A stretch of DNA of 52,603 nt from a virus (taxonomy: Duplodnaviria; Caudoviricetes): IMG/VR virus record IMGVR_UViG_3300012352_000629, positions 1-52,603 of that record, one strand, 5' to 3'. The notes beneath the pieces were generated by a model that saw nothing but the letters and a program-made list of their open reading frames with translations, was not told where the DNA came from and searched no databases. A program made the translations under genes and the position numbers. How positions within the stretch are numbered: position 1 is the stretch's first letter; each line of letters starts with the position of its first letter. Shown here one piece after another: positions 9,259 to 16,958 of the stretch.

Positions 9259-9603
9259 CTACTTCGCCTGTCGTGTCACAGAACGAATAGGGTATTGCTT
9301 CTTGGTGACGAGGCACGCCTCGTAGACCTCTGGGAACTTGGTCTTTAGAAGTTCCATGTCCACAGACTCTTTCGACTGCTCTGCGATAACCGCAACCTCA
9401 ACGCCATTGTGGATTAGGGTCTGGGCTTTCTCGCCCACTACGGCAAAGATGTCTTTGCGTAGTTCGTCTACACGCTTGGTCGCCGAGTTCGCAATCGCAC
9501 GAACATCTTTCAGTTCGTCCAACATAGCCACGAACTTCTTTGTGACCTTGACGACCTCTGCTACTGGTGTTGCCTGTGTTGCTTGGGAAATGACCTTAGT
9601 CAT
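9259..9603 (-). CDS. Hypothetical protein (coiled coil, VD..LK..FPEVY motif)
   Basis: ORF, GAGGGGG RBS. Confidence 0.75.
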   Translation of the reverse strand: MTKVISQATQATPVAEVVKVTKKFVAMLDELKDVRAIANSATKRVDELRKDIFAVVGEKAQTLIHNGVEVAVIAEQSKESVDMELLKTKFPEVYEACLVTKKQYPIRSVTRQAK

Positions 9604-9962
9604 GACTTCCCCCCTCTTGGGCTACTTCTGTTTCACCCTGATTGGATACTCCAATCCTACCTCTTTTCAACCAAAAAGCAAATCAAAGTTTCCTGCGTGT
9701 CGCACCAGAAAAAATAACTATTGGGCTGGCAATCCGGGCTGGGGAGTGCCAACTTTTTACGAGCTAAAGAAAGTCAGAGCGGCAACTTTTATGATCACTA
9801 GAACTCCCAGAGCGATACCTCGGGAAAGGCGAAACCCCTACCAAGACTTGGGGGAAGCAACTTGATAGGGGTTTCTATTGACTATCCGTTGGGAACTAGT
9901 GTCAGGTGAAAGGGGGGAACTCCCGAGTTTCGCTCAACCTCTAGATAGGCAATCCGTTGTGC

Positions 9963-11828
9963 TTAGGTGAGTGAACCCACCTTTGCTAAGGCTTCGCTTG
10001 CCGACTTGCCGACTAGCAGGGCAATCTCGGCGGTGTCTAGGTTGTCCAAGTGAACTCCCCACGCCGATTCTCGGATAATGCTTCTAGCACCAATCGAGTA
10101 GCAATCTTTCGGTGTAATCCAGAGAACCGCCACGCCGTTCGCTTTACACTCTCGTAGAACCTTGACTGCCCATTCCGTCTGCTTCGGTGTGTAGTTGCCG
10201 TCTGAAACGATAACCAACATTCTCACGCCGTCACCGAAAGTCAATCCGAGTTCGCCGTCCAACGCCTCAAACGCCTCGCCAAACATTTCCGTTCCGTCTG
10301 GTGCGGTGTAAATCGTGACCTCGTTCAAACGCTGTCCACGCTTGAGAGTTGGAAAGATACCCGAGCCGTAGTAAATCATAGCCGTTTCAGCCTGAATCCT
10401 GCGACCTGCTTCGGAGAGAACCCACGCTGTCGTTCCCATAGCGTTCATAGCCGAACCCATAGAACCCGAGATGTCCACCATTACGCCAAGACGAAGTGTT
10501 GGGTCGTCTGTGTGCTTGCGTGTCTTTGACTTCCAAGTTGGGAGTTCGCCACGCATACCCATAGATTCGACTGCTCGATTCTGAATCAGATTCCTAGCAA
10601 TCAGTTTTCCCTGTGGCATTTGGGTCTTGCGAATGTGAACAGAGCGTTCACGATACTTCGCCTTTTCCAAAGACTTCGCAATCGAAACGGCACTTGCTCG
10701 CTCTGCCCCAGTTGGCTGTCTGCGAGTGTCCACTCGTGAACTTGAGCCACTTCCAGTTTCAGGGCTGTGGGTCTTGTCGAAAACCTGCTTCGCCTTTTGC
10801 TTGCGTTCGTTGCTCTTGTTCGCTTCGCTCTGGCGTGCCTTTGACTGCTCTTGAAACTGCTCGTGCTTCTCTTGGTCTGCGAGAGAATCGCTGGCGTTCA
10901 TCTCTGCTTCTGTGGCAGACTGCGAAAGTTTAGCAATCATCTTTTTCATAGTGTCAGACATTTCGCCCTCGCCAGATTCGCCCTCGCCCTCGCCCTCGCC
11001 AGATTCGCCCTCTGATTCCTCGAAAGGGTTGCCAACTGAACCTGCCTGTGGCTCGCCCTCTGGGTCTGCCTCACGCAAAAGTTCAACCCACTTCTTTGAG
11101 AGTTGAATCGCACGCTCGACCTGTGGCACGCCTAGCGACTGAAACTCAATCCAGACTTTGCGTAGTTCGTCAAACAAATCCTGACCAATAACTGAAACGA
11201 CTTCTCGATAGATGTCAGAGATGTCTGCCACCTCTAGCACGCCAGAATCTACTCGTGAGATTGCCAGACCTGCTAGTTGGGCTGTGTTCCAGATGTCACC
11301 TGCTAGGTTGCCAAGTGACTGCTCATTGACACCCTCAAGTGCCATTTCCAAAGCCGAAGTGCGTAGGAACAAACGATTCTCTGGTCGCTCTTTGATTCCC
11401 TTTGCTTCGATACGAGATTCCTCAAGCAACATAAATGCCTGTGCCTCAAGTGGCTCAAGTTGGGTGCTTAGGTATTTGGTATCCCACTTGGTATGACGAG
11501 CGTGTAGTGCTTCGTGGAATAGGATTCCAGTTGCCATTGGGAACTCATACTGAACTGCCTTGTCCATAATGTTTCCGACAAACTCTGCTGGCGTGAACTC
11601 TCCAAATGCTTTCGGCAAGTTCACCTCAATCTCGGCAATCTCTGAATAAAAAGCGGCGACTGCTCGACCCTCGGCAGAATCCTCACCTGCGTAAACTACT
11701 AGGTCGCTTCTCCAAGACCAGTCATTGACCAGTCGTCCAATCTGTGAACAAACTCGCAACCACTCTGGGTTGGTTGTCGCTGTTCGAGTTGTAAGTCTTG
11801 ACTTACCCTTTGCTTCGTAGTGTGCCAT
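9963..11828 (-). CDS. VWA (MIDAS) domain protein with N-terminal HExxH motif, CobT-like partner of the MoxR ATPase
   Basis: HEALH, EESRIE, acidic GE linker, VDISGSM MIDAS, IVSDG. Confidence 0.88.
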   Translation of the reverse strand: MAHYEAKGKSRLTTRTATTNPEWLRVCSQIGRLVNDWSWRSDLVVYAGEDSAEGRAVAAFYSEIAEIEVNLPKAFGEFTPAEFVGNIMDKAVQYEFPMATGILFHEALHARHTKWDTKYLSTQLEPLEAQAFMLLEESRIEAKGIKERPENRLFLRTSALEMALEGVNEQSLGNLAGDIWNTAQLAGLAISRVDSGVLEVADISDIYREVVSVIGQDLFDELRKVWIEFQSLGVPQVERAIQLSKKWVELLREADPEGEPQAGSVGNPFEESEGESGEGEGEGESGEGEMSDTMKKMIAKLSQSATEAEMNASDSLADQEKHEQFQEQSKARQSEANKSNERKQKAKQVFDKTHSPETGSGSSSRVDTRRQPTGAERASAVSIAKSLEKAKYRERSVHIRKTQMPQGKLIARNLIQNRAVESMGMRGELPTWKSKTRKHTDDPTLRLGVMVDISGSMGSAMNAMGTTAWVLSEAGRRIQAETAMIYYGSGIFPTLKRGQRLNEVTIYTAPDGTEMFGEAFEALDGELGLTFGDGVRMLVIVSDGNYTPKQTEWAVKVLRECKANGVAVLWITPKDCYSIGARSIIRESAWGVHLDNLDTAEIALLVGKSASEALAKVGSLT

Positions 11829-11946
11829 TTGCTTCCCTTTCATTTGGCTTATGTGTCTAGTTTACCCTTTTCGGGGAAAGTGTCAAGTCCATTTTGAAAA
11901 AACTTTTTCGACACTTCCCCCTCGGGTTATTTAGGGGACACGAACC

Positions 11947-13014
11947 CTAAATCTTTGCTGGCAGAATCGCCTCTCCGAATACTCGGGTGAATACATCACT
12001 AGCGATTGCTCTGTCAATCTCTGGTGCGGAAGCGAGCAAGTTTTGAACCGCCCACTTAGTTCCGAACAACTTGGTCAAATCTCTAAACGCTAGAAGTTCA
12101 CGCATTTGAGGCGACCACGAAGTTTCACCATTTTCCATTTTCTTTGCCAAGTTCTGTGAGGCGACAACCGCACTCTGCGGAACGCCCAACTTCTTTGCCA
12201 AGTTCCAGTCAGTTGTCAGTTCTGCCTGAATCGCAAAGCGAGATAGAAGTGCCTCGCTCAAACGAACACCTGCGACATTTGGGTTGGTCGCACTCACGAC
12301 ATAAAAGCCCTCTTGTGCTTTCACAACTCCACGCTCGGGATTCGCTGTGACGACCAGTTCTTTTCTTCCGTCCATTAGACCATAGACCACCGAAAGAACC
12401 TTTGGGTCAATCAGACCAATCTCGTCAATCAAAAGCACCTTGCCCTCGGAAGCCGCTTTTGTCAAAACTCCGTCCACCCACTCGAAACCGCCACTTGGGG
12501 TCTGGACATAGCCACCCACCAAGTCAGCAACCTCTGTGTCGCCAGAGCCAAGAATCGTGTAGAGTTCGTCTGGAAAAGCGGCTTCGACCATAGCAGTCTT
12601 ACCAGTTCCAGGGACTCCATAGAGCATTACATAGGCACTTGCTTCTCGTGCTTTGCGTAGCACTTCGACATCAGTATTTTCGCCCCACTTGCGACCAAAG
12701 TAAAGGTCGCCATTAGGTCGTGCGTATGATTCCGCACCCTCTAATGATTCTGCTGTTTCCATAACTTCCTCGAACTTGACTGGCTCGGCGATTGCCTCTG
12801 CTGAATCTAGTTTAGTCGGAGTTGAAACCTTAGTTCCAGACTTGGCTCGAAGTGTTGCTCGACCTGCTGGAGTTAGATGTTCGTCAAGAATCGAAGTCGT
12901 GATTCCGAAACTCGCACCTGATACCGCACCTGCTACCTGCTCGACCAACTTGTCGAAGTCAAGACCTGCGATAGTTGGGTCTGGGTGTTCTGCTACTACT
13001 TTGTTCTGATACAT
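11947..13014 (-). CDS. MoxR/CbbQ/CobS-type AAA+ ATPase
   Basis: Walker A GVPGTGKT, Walker B LLIDE, ATNP, ALLSRF. Confidence 0.92.
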   Translation of the reverse strand: MYQNKVVAEHPDPTIAGLDFDKLVEQVAGAVSGASFGITTSILDEHLTPAGRATLRAKSGTKVSTPTKLDSAEAIAEPVKFEEVMETAESLEGAESYARPNGDLYFGRKWGENTDVEVLRKAREASAYVMLYGVPGTGKTAMVEAAFPDELYTILGSGDTEVADLVGGYVQTPSGGFEWVDGVLTKAASEGKVLLIDEIGLIDPKVLSVVYGLMDGRKELVVTANPERGVVKAQEGFYVVSATNPNVAGVRLSEALLSRFAIQAELTTDWNLAKKLGVPQSAVVASQNLAKKMENGETSWSPQMRELLAFRDLTKLFGTKWAVQNLLASAPEIDRAIASDVFTRVFGEAILPAKI

Positions 13015-13058
13015 TTGGCTTCCGCCCTTTCGTGTCGTGTCTTTGTATCTGACTTGTA

Positions 13059-13673
13059 TTATGCCAGTTTTGTTGGGAACTTGTCAAGTGATTCACGAAC
13101 CTTGTTGATTCGGCGAATAACTGCTTGTGGAGTTTTGCGATTGAGGTGTAGGTCTGCGTAATCTTGGTCAGTCAGTTCGACTGCGATTGGCTTGCTATCA
13201 CGAACTACCCAACCCTGCTTTGCGATAGTCGAGCGATTGCCCTCTGAATCTGGCTCGCTGTAAGTTGTCGAGATAGTGTAGTTGCGTAGGAGATTTGCGA
13301 TTGCTCGCTTTCGAGAATCAAACTTCTCTCGCTCTGTGAGTTCGTCCCACTCGGCGTTGCTGTATGAGTTGTAGTTCACATACGAATCATTAGCAGAGTG
13401 AGCCTCTGCTGGCTTCAAACGGAATCTGTCTGTGTAGGTGAAATCCCATTGTGCCTTTGGCGAGAATGATGAAACTAGGCGTTCCATAACTACCGCACTC
13501 CACACTTTGCCTGTGTCGTCTTGATACTCTGGGAAAATAAGAATCTGCTTAGTTCCCTCGAACTGCCAACCCAACAAAGAGCGAAGTTCGTCCTTGTCCA
13601 TACTGCTGTCGCCAACCAACTCTAGGTAGAGTGCCTTGCCGACAATCTTTGGTGCTACTGCTGTGGTAGTCAT
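13059..13673 (-). CDS. Hypothetical protein upstream of the AAA/VWA pair
   Basis: 204-aa ORF, GAAAGGGG RBS. Confidence 0.8.
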   Translation of the reverse strand: MTTTAVAPKIVGKALYLELVGDSSMDKDELRSLLGWQFEGTKQILIFPEYQDDTGKVWSAVVMERLVSSFSPKAQWDFTYTDRFRLKPAEAHSANDSYVNYNSYSNAEWDELTEREKFDSRKRAIANLLRNYTISTTYSEPDSEGNRSTIAKQGWVVRDSKPIAVELTDQDYADLHLNRKTPQAVIRRINKVRESLDKFPTKLA

Positions 13674-13922
13674 TTGACTATCCCCTTTCGTGTCGTGTCG
13701 CTGGATTTTTCCAACAAGTAGATTGAAGCATACTTTTTACGGAATGTCAAATGTATCTCATAAAAAGTTTCATAACAAACTGATAACGGAACTTTTTTAG
13801 CAACCTGTAAGAAAAAATAACTACAAAGCAAAAATCTGCTAGAAAAAATAACTACAAATCTGGGCAAAGAAAAAGAGCCAGTTTAGACACTTGGCTCAGG
13901 TGTTTGACTTTACAGTCGGGGT

Positions 13923-14441
13923 CTAGCAGATTTCAAAACCACCAGAGTCTATTAGGAACTCTGCGAAGTCTTTGACATCATCTGGCTCTAGGTAATAGGA
14001 GGTGGCGAAGTTCTCACGCTTGCCAACTCCAGAGCAGGCATTACACGAACCCTTGGTGCGACCAACAATAATCGCAATGTCTGGCTCAAGTTCTTTTTCA
14101 GGCCACCCAGACTCTATGCCCAGTTGGTCTGTGCGAATACCTGTGCCTTCACAGATTTGGCAATCCTCGAATGGCAACTCAGACAGAGCCTTGTTTCGCT
14201 CGGCAACATACTCGACAACTTTTCCAGAGGTGTAGTCCTCCATCAAAAGTTTTGCCAACTTGGTGGCATTTCGTGAACCCAGTCCATCGCCATCGTTGGT
14301 GTGTGCGTGTTCAACCAACTCAGCAATCTCTGGGTGATTGTCCTCTACATAACCCCATAGTGGATGCCAGCCCCATACATTCCTACGGAAGTATTGACCA
14401 GCCTCTGACTTTGGGTTTTTCCCATAAACATCCATACCCAT
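13923..14441 (-). CDS. Phage protein (MGMDV...YFRRNVWGWHPLW) with DnaJ-type zinc finger
   Basis: CQICEGTG and CNACSGVG; RBS. Confidence 0.85.
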   Translation of the reverse strand: MGMDVYGKNPKSEAGQYFRRNVWGWHPLWGYVEDNHPEIAELVEHAHTNDGDGLGSRNATKLAKLLMEDYTSGKVVEYVAERNKALSELPFEDCQICEGTGIRTDQLGIESGWPEKELEPDIAIIVGRTKGSCNACSGVGKRENFATSYYLEPDDVKDFAEFLIDSGGFEIC

Positions 14442-14544
14442 TTAGGTATCCCCTTTCTTTGGTAGTTCAAGTAAACCATAAAAGGGTATAAGTGTCAAGT
14501 CAAATCAGACGCACTTATTTAGTGTCAGAAAAAATAACTATGAA

Positions 14545-14871
14545 TCAGAAAAAGTCGTATTCGTCATCATCAGCTTGGAAGTGACTTTTAACGACTGGAG
14601 GAAAGAAGGCGTCCACGTAGTCAAGCACTGGACTTGCGCACTCTTCACATACGACCCAGTCCTGGTCGTTCTCGTCAACTACTAGTACGAAGGGTTCGAA
14701 CTCGCATGTTGGGTTCGAGTAGCAAAGCTTCTCCTTGCACTCAGAGCAGTCCGTTACAGCTAGCTGCTCTGGCAGGATCAGACCAGAGGTGAGGGCGAGC
14801 TCTAGGTCTCGCTCGGTTTCAAAATAGTGGACTTCTAATGAACGCATGAGTATAGCATACAGCGAGCGCAT
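14545..14871 (-). CDS. Zn-binding hypothetical protein
   Basis: CSEC and CEEC; start may be 14847. Confidence 0.7.
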   Translation of the reverse strand: MRSLYAILMRSLEVHYFETERDLELALTSGLILPEQLAVTDCSECKEKLCYSNPTCEFEPFVLVVDENDQDWVVCEECASPVLDYVDAFFPPVVKSHFQADDDEYDFF

Positions 14872-14913
14872 GCCGTTGATTTGGAACGCGCTCGCCGTAG
14901 TGCTATAGCAGGC

Positions 14914-15387
14914 CTACCAACTTGAGTTGTAGTAGAAATCGTATCCGTTCATACCATCAGGCAGGCCAAGTATTTGGGCAAGCCGTTTTGCTGTCCAGTC
15001 GGTGGACTCAAAGTAGTACTCGTCATAGTCCGTGCCACCAAAGAAGAACCCACTCGCCGTTGGTAAATACTTAGCGGCTACCTCGCCCGTGCCACCTTCA
15101 ACAACCTTGCGGCAGGCCTCTTCAAGTTCTATCAACTTTTCACGAGAGACGTAGTAAGTCTTGCAGTCATCCGTGCCGTCTTGAACATTCTTCACAAACC
15201 ACTCGTGAATGTGATTGACCTTCCGCCAGTAAGCAACGTTCACGCTTACCGTAGCGAAGCGCTCATCGTGCATGTCTTGCAGCCCGACGGCTTCAGTTAT
15301 GTTCTTGAAGAGTTCTTGCTCTTCTGGCTTGGTGTGTGAATATCCGCTCACAAATTTGCGAGCCTCTAGGTACATGTCCAATCCCAT
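14914..15387 (-). CDS. Phage protein (MGLDMYL...YWRKxNxIHxWF...GFFFG...YxSSW)
   Basis: Recognisable phage hypothetical family motif. Confidence 0.85.
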   Translation of the reverse strand: MGLDMYLEARKFVSGYSHTKPEEQELFKNITEAVGLQDMHDERFATVSVNVAYWRKVNHIHEWFVKNVQDGTDDCKTYYVSREKLIELEEACRKVVEGGTGEVAAKYLPTASGFFFGGTDYDEYYFESTDWTAKRLAQILGLPDGMNGYDFYYNSSW

Positions 15388-15389
15388 GG

Positions 15390-15545
15390 CTAGCCCTCAA
15401 TCTCTACTAGTTCAGTTAGCAAGTCATCTGCCTGCTCTTCAGTTATGTATTCGAACTCCTGTGCGTTATCTACAGCACAAGTCAGTCCATCATTGAAGCC
15501 CATCTGGTAGGCCTTCTTTAGTTCTGGGTTTCCATAGAAGTCCAT
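15390..15545 (-). CDS. 51-aa hypothetical protein, not in the ORF track
   Basis: Hand translation MDFYGNPELKKAYQMGFNDG...; fills the gap. Confidence 0.65.
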   Translation of the reverse strand: MDFYGNPELKKAYQMGFNDGLTCAVDNAQEFEYITEEQADDLLTELVEIEG

Positions 15546-15546
15546 G

Positions 15547-15726
15547 TTAGTTGTCGTCCCTACTTACTTCATAGGTGACGCTACCATCTAGGAACTCGGC
15601 GTCATCTTGGTATTCGACGGGCAGGGTTGCCGCCTCGTAGTTATCTGTGATGTGTTTCTGGATAGTGTCATTGAACTCATCCATCTCTACTTCATAGGTT
15701 GAAACAATGGTGATTGTGACTTTCAT
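15547..15726 (-). CDS. 59-aa acidic hypothetical protein, not in the ORF track
   Basis: Hand translation MKVTITIVSTYEVE...; GAAAGGGG RBS. Confidence 0.7.
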   Translation of the reverse strand: MKVTITIVSTYEVEMDEFNDTIQKHITDNYEAATLPVEYQDDAEFLDGSVTYEVSRDDN

Positions 15727-15749
15727 CTGAAGCCCCTTTCTTTGTGTGT

Positions 15750-16034
15750 CTAAACAATAGCAGACGCTGCTACTTTTGTCAACCTACTTTTTAGGCGTGT
15801 CGAACCTAGGAACAAGTTCATTGAATTCAGCGGCGCAGCAGTGAAATCATCTTTCGTTAAAAGTTTTCCCAGGCGGGACTCCAGGCACCCAATACATAAC
15901 ATTCCACGCTTCTTCGAAAACGCTGAGCTCCAGACATCGTCATGGACCATGTAGTACTCACCGTTACAGTTCGTGCACATTGCGCAGTCCGCGCATCGAA
16001 ACATCTTGTAGTCACTGCAGGTGCAATCCGTCAT
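15750..16034 (-). CDS. Cys-rich phage protein (YMVHD.VW...LCIGCLE.RLG..L...DF)
   Basis: Motif familiar from actinophage hypothetical proteins. Confidence 0.75.
   Translation of the reverse strand: MTDCTCSDYKMFRCADCAMCTNCNGEYYMVHDDVWSSAFSKKRGMLCIGCLESRLGKLLTKDDFTAAPLNSMNLFLGSTRLKSRLTKVAASAIV
15754..15782 (-). promoter_or_regulatory. sigma70-type promoter TTGACA-17-TATTGT, GACAC at 15797-15801, no 14-mer
   Basis: Read directly. Confidence 0.7.
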
Positions 16035-16152
16035 GTGTTAACTGTAGCACTTCAGTGTCGAGAAGTCAAGTCCAGGCGGACCGTCTGCATTCGAAGCTTC
16101 CAGGCCGCAGCGTTAACGGGCCGTTAAAAGTTTGGATCCGGTTAGGTTACCC

Positions 16153-16338
16153 TTAGACCTTTTCCCACATGCGGATGTCCGTGAAGGTCTTCCGTATGCT
16201 GTCCGCGGTTTCTTCATCCGGAGCTGTGATGATGAGCTCGCCGTCCATCAATGATTCGTTAAAAGTTAGGATCATCCCGTTCTCCCGGTAAAAGTCGAGA
16301 GCTACTTCAGGGATGACCCGGTACTTGTAAGTATTCAT
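16153..16338 (-). CDS. Hypothetical protein
   Basis: ORF, GGAGG RBS. Confidence 0.7.
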   Translation of the reverse strand: MNTYKYRVIPEVALDFYRENGMILTFNESLMDGELIITAPDEETADSIRKTFTDIRMWEKV

Positions 16339-16396
16339 GAAACCTCCAGCAGCTGGCCGCCGGTCCCGGCAGCAGGTTTTATTGTTCGTTAAAAGT

Positions 16397-16750
16397 TTAG
16401 ATCCCGCATGCAGCGCGAGTTAATTCAGACTCCGGCACGCCGCCAACAATTAACGTAGCGTGAGAGTTATGCATGTTGCTGCAGACGAAGTAGCCTAGCC
16501 GGCCCTTAACGCGTAACCCATTGCGAAGCTTCAGCGCTCCATCTTCGTCGCGATATAGCGTCCACTGCTTCTGGTTGTACTGGGAGACTACGTACTCCCA
16601 CTGGGCACCCTCGTGAAGGTATAGCAGGCCGCCAAATGCAGCAGCGCCATCAATCTGGTTTGCCTCAGGGCGGTATGCCTGAACCCAGTCTCTGTACGTG
16701 ATGTGCTCTTCTTCGTACTTGTAGTTATCTGGATTGAATTCTTTAGCCAT
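16397..16750 (-). CDS. Hypothetical protein
   Basis: Start moved to MAKEF (16750). Confidence 0.7.
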   Translation of the reverse strand: MAKEFNPDNYKYEEEHITYRDWVQAYRPEANQIDGAAAFGGLLYLHEGAQWEYVVSQYNQKQWTLYRDEDGALKLRNGLRVKGRLGYFVCSNMHNSHATLIVGGVPESELTRAACGI

Positions 16751-16958
16751 CTTGCTGCACGTCTTTCTTTTTTGATGAGTCGACAACAGTCTTCAGCTTA
16801 TCCCAATCTCCATGTGGTGAACCTTGGTATACCTGGCCAGTCTCTCGATCGATGAGTAACCACTTCTCCGGACTCTTGGTATACACCGTCATGATAATCG
16901 GTGAGCTGTACTCAGGGTAGTGGTGAGCTGTGCGATCACCCGTTGCATCATTAAGCAT
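16743..16958 (-). CDS. Hypothetical protein (TKSPEKWLLIDRETGQVY)
   Basis: Overlap-coupled ORF. Confidence 0.7.
   Translation of the reverse strand: MLNDATGDRTAHHYPEYSSPIIMTVYTKSPEKWLLIDRETGQVYQGSPHGDWDKLKTVVDSSKKKDVQQDG

Larger units (their letters stand above)
226..13897 (-). terminator. Series of intrinsic terminators closing the early units
   Basis: GC hairpin plus A-tract on + (U-tract on -) at about 226-252, 654-684, 1182-1212, 2102-2143, 2631-2662, 3477-3516, 4232-4268, 4874-4904, 5400-5432, 5824-5864, 6744-6770, 7246-7280, 7748-7790, 8393-8423, 9217-9248, 9831-9873 and 13866-13897. Confidence 0.88.
193..14540 (-). repeat. Dispersed invariant 14-bp motif AGAAAAAATAACTA (TAGTTATTTTTTCT on the transcribed strand), 19 copies
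   Basis: Exact copies start at 193, 621, 1150, 2069, 2599, 3438, 4199, 4842, 5369, 5791, 6709, 7216, 7713, 8363, 9190, 9707, 13810, 13841 and 14527. All are intergenic, in one orientation, and almost all lie between a terminator and the next promoter. Confidence 0.97.

Noticed and set aside
121-9865. Plus-strand ORFs sharing RKNNY or EKIT peptides (e.g. 121..384, 2046..2294, 4098..4334, 9338..9865)
   Set aside because: They are translations of the 14-mer or antisense shadows of real minus-strand genes and have no RBS.
193-14540. CRISPR array interpretation of the 14-mer repeats
   Set aside because: The repeat is too short, spacing runs from 31 bp to about 4 kb and contains whole genes, and there are no cas genes.
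193-14540. Classical integron attC or Xer dif/pdif sites
   Set aside because: There are no RYYYAAC/GTTRRRY-bounded palindromes and no 11-6-11 dif dyad, no tyrosine recombinase in the window, and the cassettes carry their own promoters.
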